Assembly (NCBI GenBank): GCA_019057385.1
Contig: JAHQJS010000004.1
Span: 820,627-884,626 of the forward strand
Direction of reading: 5' to 3'
DNA length: 64,000 nt
Origin: Candidatus Borrarchaeum weybense
GTDB lineage: Archaea > Asgardarchaeota > Sifarchaeia > Borrarchaeales > Borrarchaeaceae
Part shown: positions 20,232 through 29,091 of the stretch, piece after piece
How positions within the stretch are numbered: the first letter of the stretch is position 1
Layout of the letters: every line of letters begins with the position of its first letter
Notes under the pieces: generated by a model
Databases searched by the model: none
The model's input: the letters and a program-made list of their open reading frames with translations, nothing else
Told to the model about the DNA's origin: nothing
Program-made: the position numbers and the translations under genes

Positions 20232-20924
20232 ATGACTCGTGGGATTATCTTTACACACTCTGAATTGAAAGGAAACCTAAAGCCGTTATACATTTACCCC
20301 TCGACATTAGAGGAGAATCTAATTCATAAAATAATTATAAAATCATCAACGCTGGTTTTAACGACATTAGATCTTTCCATAGATTATGAAGGGGCATCAA
20401 TACTTCAATTTCCTGAACTTACAGTCCTCGTTTACTATTTCCTGCACCCACATGAAGAAAATGGAACAAAAAGTCAGATACCCACAACTATTTCCGTTTT
20501 TGTTGAATCAGAGTTCGAATGGTTTTTCTTTAAAGAGGTCGAACCTTTAGTTCAACGAATTAAAAGCTTAGTTCAACGAATTAGAAATACAGGTCAAATA
20601 ATGGAAGAGGAATTCAAAGAACTATACAACTTTCTTGATTCGGTTTTGCAGACAGACGAAATGAATGAAAATAAGCAGACCATTCAAACACAAGCAATTA
20701 TGAAACCTGTTTATATATCTGATCAACAAGGATTTCTCGACTATTACCCATTTATTAATTTGGATTTAAGAGAGGAGATTGTTTCGCGACTTATTGAGGG
20801 TGATTCTTCTTTAGATGAACTTTCAAAAGACCTCAAAACGTCCTCTTTTGAAGTGTTTCCACTATTGCAGCGCCTTCTTCGTTACAAACTAATTTCATTG
20901 CAAAATAGTGCTATTAGTGACTGA
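20232..20924 (+). CDS. uDENN/NPR2-like longin domain with C-terminal winged helix
   Basis: RGIIFTH....KPLYIYP...ILQFP...YYF pattern; C-terminal SLDELSKDL...LQRLLRYKLI wHTH. Confidence 0.55.
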   Translation: MTRGIIFTHSELKGNLKPLYIYPSTLEENLIHKIIIKSSTLVLTTLDLSIDYEGASILQFPELTVLVYYFLHPHEENGTKSQIPTTISVFVESEFEWFFFKEVEPLVQRIKSLVQRIRNTGQIMEEEFKELYNFLDSVLQTDEMNENKQTIQTQAIMKPVYISDQQGFLDYYPFINLDLREEIVSRLIEGDSSLDELSKDLKTSSFEVFPLLQRLLRYKLISLQNSAISD

Positions 20925-20941
20925 TTTTTGCTAGGTGCGTC

Positions 20942-20988
20942 TTTAACTTTATCGGCAGGATGCTCCATCCGTAAGAGAGGTAGTTCAC
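20942..20988 (+). mobile_element. Short IS200/IS605 right-end-like relic, copy 1
   Basis: tttaactttatcggcagga...gaggtagttcac; ends in the TnpB-element type terminus GTAGTTCAC. Confidence 0.6.
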
Positions 20989-21046
20989 CGAGATGTTAAA
21001 AATTAAAGAAGGAATAAAAAAGAGTAATAGGGCTATGGATGGAATT

Positions 21047-21388
21047 TTATTCAAGATATGGAATTAAACAGACGAATTTGAGCCCTTTTTCACCAGCTTT
21101 GAAATTGTGTTTCTCGTTCCCTGGAACCCAGACGATGTCCCAAGGTTTTAGTGTTTTTTCAGTCCCGTCAGGAAACGTAACGGTACCATCGCCTTCTAAA
21201 ATAAATACTTCGTGCTCCCAACTATGGTCATGAAATGGCGAATGGCCCCCAGGTTCCAATTCAAATAATCGCATCGCAAAATTCTCTGCACCGTCTTTTT
21301 CTTTCGTGATTAGCCAGCGTACGTATGTATCTTTTGCACCTGCTTCTGCCTTTTCTTTTGTAACATCAGTCCAGTGGAATAATTTCAT
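21047..21388 (-). CDS. Cupin domain protein
   Basis: FELEPGGHSPFHDHSWEHEVFILEG, VPGNEKH. Confidence 0.92.
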   Translation of the reverse strand: MKLFHWTDVTKEKAEAGAKDTYVRWLITKEKDGAENFAMRLFELEPGGHSPFHDHSWEHEVFILEGDGTVTFPDGTEKTLKPWDIVWVPGNEKHNFKAGEKGLKFVCLIPYLE

Positions 21389-21439
21389 TCAATACCCTCC
21401 ATAAGTATTTCACGTGTCCTTAGTATCAGAAATTTTCTT

Positions 21440-21489
21440 TTTAACTTTATCGGCGGGAAATCCCCTTCCGACAGCTGGAGGTAGTTCAC
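21440..21489 (+). mobile_element. Short IS200/IS605 right-end-like relic, copy 2
   Basis: tttaactttatcggcggga...gaggtagttcac; direct repeat of 20942..20988. Confidence 0.6.
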
Positions 21490-21595
21490 TCTTGTTGTTT
21501 CGAATTGAAAGAACAATTTACTGAAGCAATTCAAAGGCAGTTTTCGAAATTCATTCACTTTTCATTCAATTTGGTTTGAGTATTACTGATTTATC

Positions 21596-21649
21596 ATTGC
21601 GTAATATCCAACGTGTCTGTAGATGTAACTACCTTAAGTATTACGCAAT
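21596..21649. promoter_or_regulatory. 11-bp inverted repeat ATTGCGTAATA / TATTACGCAAT, candidate regulator site
   Basis: Perfect inverted pair with a 32-bp spacer, between the divergent cupin and microprotein genes. Confidence 0.4.
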
Positions 21650-21751
21650 CTTATAATCCGTAATATTGAAAAGTGGCGTTTTACAAAACTTTTTAAAGAA
21701 AAAGCGCTTTATAGATACAAACAATAAATTATAGTTTTTTTGGTGACTATT

Positions 21752-21808
21752 ATGAAAAAGATCAGAAAGAAAACAGCAACTGCTTGCAAATGCGGAGCAA
21801 GCTGCTAA
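21752..21808 (+). CDS. Putative 18-aa microprotein MKKIRKKTATACKCGASC
   Basis: GGTGA SD 5 nt upstream, TTTTTAAA box about 60 nt upstream, T-rich tract downstream. Confidence 0.5.
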   Translation: MKKIRKKTATACKCGASC

Positions 21809-21897
21809 AATCTAAAACAATAATACATGTGAAAAATTCACCAATTTCTTTTTTATTTTTCTAAATTTCGAGGAAAAACAAGAGTTTTTGATGCAAA

Positions 21898-24255
21898 TCA
21901 TTTTTCTAATAACTTTTTCTTTGACTTAGTTACTGCAGGACAAGATGGGCAGAAATCTGTCAAAAATCTGTAGATCCGTTCAATTTCCAATGAATTAAGA
22001 TCGTAAAGCGTAAATAATAATGTATTAATTCTCTTTAGGTGGTTTTGGATATCAGAATCATTAGCGTTAGCTTCAAGAATTTTGTTAACATTTTTTACAA
22101 TTTCATCAATGATATTTTCTTCTGTTGAGGTTTCTGGTAATTTAAGGGGAAGATATCTCAGAATTTCCCTATATTTTATACTTCCTCCAGGAATTACTAA
22201 TCCCCAAAACATTGCTCGATAGTAAAATTCGGCTAATGGGGAATTTAAATAGGCCAAGGCGTATTTTGTTAAAAGATTCTCACGATCCTCATTGTATTTG
22301 TCCTTTAAAAAAAGTAGATAAAGTGTATTGAGGGCGTAAAAAAACTTTGCATGGTCTGGTTTTGAATCATCCCCACCATCATAGGCTACTGTTAGGAATT
22401 TGCTTGTATTTCTGAAAAATAGTTTTTTTCTATTAAAAATAGACGGTTTTTTGGATAGATAGAGCCTTTCATGATCTGTTTCTGGCTTATATTTAAGATA
22501 TATATGCCTCCAGTTAATTCTGTATCGATCTATATCTAAACCATCAATAATTCTTCGATGGCGTTTTTGTTGTAATGATGACAAGGATTTGTATTGTTCT
22601 TCACTGATTAGAACTAATTTTCGCGTCTCTGGGCTTCCAATTCGTATGCATTGCTCAATCTTAAAGACATCTCCCAATAAAGATACCTCATCTTCCATCT
22701 TTTTAATAATCGAATAATATTTTTTGCCTAAAAATGGAGAAAAGATGTTTTCTTGCGTCATAAAAAAGTAAGATTGGGGGAACATCATTACAATATGTTT
22801 TGGTGTTTCTTTCTCAGGAGAGGGTATAGAACTTAACGAGTGTAAATCGTTTGTCTTGAGAACAACTGAAGTTATCGGATCGACCTTTTTATTAGTCTTT
22901 GTCTTTTGAAAAATGTAAATTCCTACACTAACGTCCTGTTTAAATACTGATTCATATAATGCGAGGTTAATCATTTTTTTGATGCGACACTTTTCTAATA
23001 TGTATTCACGCAATGCTCTCCCATATCCACTATAAACCATAAAAGCGGTTGGTAAAAGAAATCCAAGCATTCCATCAGATTTTAAAAGATCGATCGATCG
23101 TTCTATAAAGAGAACATATAGATTTAGACGTCCTTTTGCAGTTCTAAATTTTTTCTGATAAGACTCTCTCTTTTCTTTTGATATTTGTGTAACACCAACG
23201 TATGGGGGATTTCCTATGATGTAATCAAAAGAATCGTCGTCAAGTCCTGATTCGGTCAGAAAATCAGAACAGAATATCGGAGTTTTAGGAAGTACGAATG
23301 ATGGTTTCTCTTGAAGAGCTTTTTTGTAATAAGGCAATAATTCGAGTACAAACCTTAGTTTTGTCATAAGACAAGAAAAGGGATAGATATCGAGACCTAA
23401 AATCTTTGAGCTATTGAATAACTCCTCTAAAACTTGAGACCATCCGAATAATTCGGCATCTTCTGTCACATCTGAGATATATCGTTTCAAAGCCTCTATT
23501 AGAAAAACTCCACTACCACATGAAGGATCTAACAGTTTCTTTTTGTTCAGTTGATTTCCTTTTAGATAACCAACACTATCTAGAATAATTTTAACTACAG
23601 ATAATGGTGTATAAAACTCTCCTAAGTTTTTTCGAATCTGTCTATCTATTATATGTTGATAAAGTTCACCAAAAATGTCAGTTTCTTGAGATAAAGATGT
23701 TTCTTCTAAGAACTTCATCATGTTACTTAAACCAGTTCTCAATTTCTCTAAATGAGATAACATTCTTTCGGGTACGGCTTTTTCGTTTTCGAATTTTTCA
23801 AAAGGTTCAAACCACCAATCGAATTGTTTTTCGTAGGGTTCACTATAGAGAAGATGAGTATCTATTTCGAAAATGAATTGCACGATATCAGTTAAAGATT
23901 GCTTTTTAGAAGCGAAAGCTGCTTGAGAAAAAGGTAATTTGTATTTCTGTGAGAAAATCGCTAGAATGGATTTGAATAACATAACCAGTAAGGTTTCAAT
24001 ACAAAAAAGTGTTTTTTGCGTACTTTCATTCTTCAAACCCACATCGTTTATTATATTTTTCCATGTGCGAGGTATTATTTTGGGTAGTTTTCCTTTGGAA
24101 TACAGTTTCCATTCAGTAAAAATGATTTGAAGTTTTTTTGAATCATAAAGATGATATTCAAACAAAGCAAGCAAAGATTGAACGACAATGTAAAAAGAAG
24201 AATCCTCTTTTAGAGCAAATATTTTTAAAACTTTGTCCTTTGCAATAGAGTCCAT
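21898..24255 (-). CDS. N6-adenine DNA methyltransferase (Eco57I/TaqI-like) with target recognition domain
   Basis: GEFYTP, LDPSCGSGVFL, IGNPPY, LAYLNS TaqI_C-like region. Confidence 0.9.
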   Translation of the reverse strand: MDSIAKDKVLKIFALKEDSSFYIVVQSLLALFEYHLYDSKKLQIIFTEWKLYSKGKLPKIIPRTWKNIINDVGLKNESTQKTLFCIETLLVMLFKSILAIFSQKYKLPFSQAAFASKKQSLTDIVQFIFEIDTHLLYSEPYEKQFDWWFEPFEKFENEKAVPERMLSHLEKLRTGLSNMMKFLEETSLSQETDIFGELYQHIIDRQIRKNLGEFYTPLSVVKIILDSVGYLKGNQLNKKKLLDPSCGSGVFLIEALKRYISDVTEDAELFGWSQVLEELFNSSKILGLDIYPFSCLMTKLRFVLELLPYYKKALQEKPSFVLPKTPIFCSDFLTESGLDDDSFDYIIGNPPYVGVTQISKEKRESYQKKFRTAKGRLNLYVLFIERSIDLLKSDGMLGFLLPTAFMVYSGYGRALREYILEKCRIKKMINLALYESVFKQDVSVGIYIFQKTKTNKKVDPITSVVLKTNDLHSLSSIPSPEKETPKHIVMMFPQSYFFMTQENIFSPFLGKKYYSIIKKMEDEVSLLGDVFKIEQCIRIGSPETRKLVLISEEQYKSLSSLQQKRHRRIIDGLDIDRYRINWRHIYLKYKPETDHERLYLSKKPSIFNRKKLFFRNTSKFLTVAYDGGDDSKPDHAKFFYALNTLYLLFLKDKYNEDRENLLTKYALAYLNSPLAEFYYRAMFWGLVIPGGSIKYREILRYLPLKLPETSTEENIIDEIVKNVNKILEANANDSDIQNHLKRINTLLFTLYDLNSLEIERIYRFLTDFCPSCPAVTKSKKKLLEK

Positions 24256-24452
24256 AGTCTTCCATCACGAATACGATTTGAATCACAGAAACGGTATTTG
24301 AACATCTATACTGATAACTAAACCGTATTTTGACTTATAACTTAACTGGCGAGTAGACTCGTAAAAAAGATAATCTTATAAGGCAAAATATAGAAATATG
24401 AGTTCAAAACTCGACCTTAGGCGGTTGATACTAAGAAACAAGGTGAACGAAA

Positions 24453-24752
24453 ATAGCTTTTGAAATGGATGATATTCTAGCAGAATTAGATAAAGAAAAA
24501 CAGGCATTGAGAATTAGCATAGTTAGACGCAAATATGGGAAAAAGGTCACTCTCCTTTCTGGTTTTGGAATTTCAAAAAGTAAGCTCAAACAAATAGCTA
24601 AAAAATTGAAAAAGACGCTTGGTTGCGGAGGTACAGTAACCGAAGTTAATCAAGAACTTATTATTGAACTTCAAGGCGATTGGCGTAATGATCTTCCAGA
24701 GCTTCTAGAAGCTGAGGGGTATAATGCAGAGGAAATAACCATCAGAAAATAG
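24453..24752 (+). CDS. sui1: Translation initiation factor aIF1/SUI1; start either AUA 24453 or AUG 24465
   Basis: RRKYGKKVT, LKKTLGCGGTV, IELQGD. The SD spacing favours ATA at 24453. Confidence 0.9.
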   Translation: MAFEMDDILAELDKEKQALRISIVRRKYGKKVTLLSGFGISKSKLKQIAKKLKKTLGCGGTVTEVNQELIIELQGDWRNDLPELLEAEGYNAEEITIRK

Positions 24753-25135
24753 ATCTAAAAACTTGTTTGCGTTCAGATCAAGAAATCTGTATGTGCTCAA
24801 ATATATCAATATTTGAAGTTAAATTGATCCGTTATGAGCTGAACTTTAGTAAATAAGCTGGTGAAGGGTCAGCAGGTTAAATTTCGTGCAACTACGATAT
24901 TCTCCTCTTTTTCCAATTTTTAAACTCTTTAAACCTCTATTACGTGCATGAGTTATCAATTATATTATATTATATTGAACGTCAAAGTTGTATACTAATT
25001 TTAGTGGTATTCGTGATCATATAAGGTATTTTTTTATAGAAGGATTTGCAATAAAAAGCAGTATTATACTATTTTTTGATGACGAAAAAGGATGTCATGT
25101 TTCTGTAAAAATCGTTTAAGAGAATGATAGGTGAA

Positions 25136-25385
25136 GTCAATTACCCCACCCTGACGGATGGGGCTTGTTCCGTGAGGAGCAAGAGCAATTAGTTGATTAG
25201 CCTAAGAGAGGTCGTGGTAAAACATGGCGGTATCTACGTTATCAGGAGTGTTAAAGAACACACCAAGGGATGCTTCTCTAGTCCCTTGCTCTGTAAATGG
25301 TGGTTTAAACAGAGAGGAAACTCTCAGTGATCATCGTACAGTACTGACTGATAACCTTGGCGAAGAGAACCAACCTACTTTAATA
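25136..25385 (+). ncRNA. omega-RNA (HEARO-type) scaffold; guide is the 5' flank ending at 25135
   Basis: HEARO-like motifs GTCAA.TACCCC..., GTTGATTAGCCT, CTACGTT, ACACC..GGATGC..CT.AGTC, CTTGGCGAAG directly upstream of iscB; 3' end approximate. Confidence 0.85.
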
Positions 25386-25408
25386 TTCGTTAAAGGAGGA
25401 GATAGGAC

Positions 25409-26620
25409 TTGAGAGTACCTATCTATGTCTTAAACATGAGAGGGCAACCGCTCATGCCTACCACACAACCCAAAGGAAAGAAATTATTACACGAAGGCAA
25501 GGCAAAGGTTGTTCAGCGATGCCCTTTTACCATTCAGTTGAACTATGCAACCGGAGAAACCAAACAACCGATTACACTCGGATTGGACATCGGATATACG
25601 AACATCGGATTTAGTGCCAAGACCGAAAAATTAGAAGTCATCAGCGGCACGTTAATCTTACGACAAGACGTCTCTAACAAGCTAGACGAAAAACGGAGGT
25701 ACCGCAAAACTCGTAGAGGTAGACTAGGGTATCGACCACCTCGCTTTAATAACCGAACACGACCTGAAGGCTGGTTAACCCCTAGTACTCAGCATCGACT
25801 TGACTCACATATTCGATTAGTTGAAAAACTTGAAACACTGCTGCCGATCAGCTACAAGAAGGGAGAAGTGGCTAATTTCGACGCTCACAAAATGCAGCAG
25901 CCAGAAATTACAGGAGTCGCATATCAGCAGGGCACACTTCAAGGCTATGAAGTCAAAGAATATCTGTTAGACAAGTGGGGACGTGCATGTGCTTATTGTG
26001 GTAAAACAAACATCCCCTTAGAAGTCGAGCATATCGTCCCGAAAAGCCGAGGTGGAACAGACCGAGTGTCGAATTTGACGTTATCATGTAGGAAATGTAA
26101 CCTTAAAAAAGGAGATCAGACCGCCGAGGAGTTTGGCTATCCTACCATTCAGAAACAGGCAAAGCAGCCTCTTAAAGCACCGGCATGTCTGAATACTATT
26201 CGTTGGAGGATCGTGGAGCAGTTAGGGGCAGAGTATACTTACGGATACGTAACAAAATACCACCGCAATAAGTTAGGGCTGGAAAAGTCGCATGTTAATG
26301 ACGCATTTGTCATTGCCGGCGGCAAAAACCAAGAACGATGCCTACCTTATGAGGTCATGCAAGTGAGGCGTAATAATCGTTCTATACAGACGAATCGAAA
26401 GGGATTTAAACCGTCAATTAGGAGACAGAGGTATCAGTTGCAACCCCACGATGTGGTAAGCTGTAATGGAAAACCATACAAAGTCAAAGGCGTATTCAAT
26501 TATGGAAGATGGGTACGATTATGCGATTCACAGGGAGCAATCGTCAACGCCACGATCAAACACGTGGTGTTGTTGAAATACGGAAAAGGATTAGTATTTA
26601 CGTTTGAAAATAACAACTAA
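25409..26620 (+). CDS. iscB: RNA-guided endonuclease IscB
   Basis: PLMP motif, RuvC-I LGLDIG, Arg-rich RRYRKTRR bridge helix, RuvC-II E, HNH (CAYCG..EVEHIVP..N..CRKCN), RuvC-III SHVNDA. Confidence 0.96.
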   Translation: MRVPIYVLNMRGQPLMPTTQPKGKKLLHEGKAKVVQRCPFTIQLNYATGETKQPITLGLDIGYTNIGFSAKTEKLEVISGTLILRQDVSNKLDEKRRYRKTRRGRLGYRPPRFNNRTRPEGWLTPSTQHRLDSHIRLVEKLETLLPISYKKGEVANFDAHKMQQPEITGVAYQQGTLQGYEVKEYLLDKWGRACAYCGKTNIPLEVEHIVPKSRGGTDRVSNLTLSCRKCNLKKGDQTAEEFGYPTIQKQAKQPLKAPACLNTIRWRIVEQLGAEYTYGYVTKYHRNKLGLEKSHVNDAFVIAGGKNQERCLPYEVMQVRRNNRSIQTNRKGFKPSIRRQRYQLQPHDVVSCNGKPYKVKGVFNYGRWVRLCDSQGAIVNATIKHVVLLKYGKGLVFTFENNN

Positions 26621-26677
26621 AATACCGCAATTCAACTCCACCCTTGTGGATGGAGTCTTCTTGCGGAGGTGAAATAA

Positions 26678-27037
26678 ATGGATGAAGAAAATTCTAATGA
26701 AAATGAAGATAAAATGAAATATGTTAAATATGTTGAATTTTTAGATCTTGATAACATGATTAGAGCAATGGTAAGTTCTAGAGCGCCGTTACTTTTGCAT
26801 ATAGACTTTAATGGAAGGCATATATATTTCCAATCCCAACCAGGATTCAAGGAGACAATTTTTTACTATGTTGAATTACCTGAAGCAATTAATGAAAACT
26901 TTGTTGTGTATGACTTAATGACTGGAAAGATTAGTTTTTCAGACCAGCTACAAATAGACCCAAACCGGAGATCAATTCCGATCGTCGAAATATCGAAACA
27001 AAACATTTTTCCTAAGGAGATCTTAGATTCAAAGTAG
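26678..27037 (+). CDS. Conserved archaeal hypothetical protein
   Basis: 119-aa ORF whose AGGTGA SD is supplied by the IscB element end. Confidence 0.7.
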   Translation: MDEENSNENEDKMKYVKYVEFLDLDNMIRAMVSSRAPLLLHIDFNGRHIYFQSQPGFKETIFYYVELPEAINENFVVYDLMTGKISFSDQLQIDPNRRSIPIVEISKQNIFPKEILDSK

Positions 27038-28469
27038 ATAAGGGTTTTTGATAGACTTTATACAATGTAGAACTAATTAGTATTATTGCTGGAAGAATTA
27101 TAGCGAATCCTAGCAGTGGCGAAATATTCCAGACAAAACTGTGTATTTGTCCTGCAAATAATAGACGTAAATTGTAGTCCAAATATTCTACATTTGTTGG
27201 ATGGACATTTGTAAGAGCACCAAGTCCATTTACTGCAATACTAACAAAGGTCAACAAACTAAAGACAGTCCAAAATGCATATACACCATATTTTTTCACA
27301 ATTGAGTTATTCTGTAAATACTCACCAAAGAAGATTTTTCTAGGGTCAGTCAAGATTCTCCCTATTGGGATACAGAGCAGTGGTAATACTGGATCTAAAC
27401 GTCTCGATCCAAATACGTATCCACTTGAATAGGCAAGAGGGGCAAAAAAGAACAGAATGATTAAAAAAATAGAGAGGAAGAGAATACCTTCTTTTCTATC
27501 TTGCGAATCCCTTATCATTAAAATGAAACCTGGAATTGAAAATAATAAAACAGATGAATAGAAAAAGAGCCCACGACGAGGTGTCAATAAAAATCTGAGC
27601 AAACCAAGATGTAACGGACGTGAATAGCTCCAATCAAATGCATTTTTAGGATATATTGCATACGTATAAGTTGTTACAAAAGGACTTCCGAAGCATACAT
27701 AATGATATGTTAATAGAACAAGCAACCAGAGGATAGCAGGCAGGATAAAAGAGAAAACAAGTCGTCGATTCTCTCTAAATAATATATAACCGATAAAGGG
27801 CAGGAAGAATACAACATTTGAATAGTCTAATAAGAGAAGATATCCCGCTAAAGTTCCTGAAAGTAAGTATCGAATCATCTGGTTTTTTACATCCTCATCT
27901 TTATTCCTTGAAATTAGAAAATAGACTGCTGAAAGTACAAAGAATGCAGAGAAGGAATTGGCATATAAGGTGACTGCGTGAGGAAAGGCAAAGGTAGCAA
28001 AACCATATATTGAACTTACCAACAAGCCTGTCTTTTCTGACATTCCTAAAGAGTTGACACATAGTAAATATAAGAGAGTAACAGTGGCAGATGTAAAGAC
28101 ACATGTTAATGAAATAAGAATGATTCCATCAAGAGGATATGGGATCCCTAGCACCTTGGTAATAAAAAGAACTGGAACACCCAAAAATGTGAGACCTGGG
28201 GGTTTGTTTGGGTAAAAATGCCCTGAGGGGGCAAGGACAAGATCCCACATATCATTTCTAAGAAATGTTGGTACAAAACGATCAATATACAAAACATTGT
28301 CTTCTACAATTGCTTTAATCTGTACATATCTTGTTCTTTCACTCGCAGAGTCCCAGTATAGACCGTTATTAAAGAAAACATAAACCAAAAATGTTCCAAG
28401 AAACAGTTTGAGAGAATTTAACTCCTTAAGGGAACGTATTCTAATACGCCATGTGCTTTGGTTATCCAA
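27012..28469 (-). CDS. GT-C fold membrane glycosyltransferase-like protein
   Basis: Many TM helices, YPNKPPGLTFL, RGLFFYS, FGSRRL. Confidence 0.7.
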   Translation of the reverse strand: MDNQSTWRIRIRSLKELNSLKLFLGTFLVYVFFNNGLYWDSASERTRYVQIKAIVEDNVLYIDRFVPTFLRNDMWDLVLAPSGHFYPNKPPGLTFLGVPVLFITKVLGIPYPLDGIILISLTCVFTSATVTLLYLLCVNSLGMSEKTGLLVSSIYGFATFAFPHAVTLYANSFSAFFVLSAVYFLISRNKDEDVKNQMIRYLLSGTLAGYLLLLDYSNVVFFLPFIGYILFRENRRLVFSFILPAILWLLVLLTYHYVCFGSPFVTTYTYAIYPKNAFDWSYSRPLHLGLLRFLLTPRRGLFFYSSVLLFSIPGFILMIRDSQDRKEGILFLSIFLIILFFFAPLAYSSGYVFGSRRLDPVLPLLCIPIGRILTDPRKIFFGEYLQNNSIVKKYGVYAFWTVFSLLTFVSIAVNGLGALTNVHPTNVEYLDYNLRLLFAGQIHSFVWNISPLLGFAIILPAIILISSTLYKVYQKPLSTLNLRSP

Positions 28470-28529
28470 CAGATCACCTATATATAATATCTTGTGCTAA
28501 CAATCTCGGCTAAAACTGACTCATGTGAG

Positions 28530-28955
28530 TTAGAATGAAAAAATTTCTTTTTCATTCATCTTTAAGACTTGTTCAGCAATGTTATGCATATTAAACCGAT
28601 CTACATCTTTAATTTGTTTCTTAATGTGCTCTAAAAATTCTGGGAGAACCTTAATTTCAAATTTGTTACCAGATTGTGTCTTAAAAACTCCAAAAATATC
28701 TCCATTTCTAGAGTATTTTATTTCAAGATTACCTTTTCCAATTGTACACCCTGTCGAAAATTGGATTCCATCAAGTAGACATCGATAGGGAGGCCTCTCC
28801 CTTGTTTGAATAAAGGCCTCTAGTTCGAAATGTCCTTTAGAATTTAAGTATTCGAGGGCTAAGAGACCCATGCGGATACCTATAGCTAAGAAAACACCTG
28901 GATGACCATGAAATCGAACAGAGTGATCATATATTGTCTTCAGTTCTGTATCCAT
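28530..28955 (-). CDS. FmdE/FwdE family protein
   Basis: FHGHPGVFLAIGIRMG, CLLDGIQFSTGCTIGKGNL. Confidence 0.9.
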   Translation of the reverse strand: MDTELKTIYDHSVRFHGHPGVFLAIGIRMGLLALEYLNSKGHFELEAFIQTRERPPYRCLLDGIQFSTGCTIGKGNLEIKYSRNGDIFGVFKTQSGNKFEIKVLPEFLEHIKKQIKDVDRFNMHNIAEQVLKMNEKEIFSF

Positions 28956-29091
28956 TTTTTACCACACATATAAGTCTGAAAAGATTGAATCTTGCGGATT
29001 ATTTTTCGAGAAAATTTATTTATTTATTGTTTGATTTTTTAATTGTACAAGTAGAAGTACTCAAAGATATTAAAAACAATTATGTCGCGCA

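Larger units (their letters stand above)
25136..26673 (+). mobile_element. Non-autonomous IS200/IS605-superfamily IscB (OMEGA) element
   Basis: Terminal hairpins gtcaattaccccaccctgacggatggggcttg and gcaattcaactccacccttgtggatggagtcttcttgcggag. Contains omega-RNA and iscB but no tnpA. Boundaries fit the TnpA guide/cleavage-site pairing rule. Confidence 0.9.

Noticed and set aside
25224-25412. 62-aa ORF upstream of iscB
   Set aside because: Lies within the omega-RNA scaffold; no protein features
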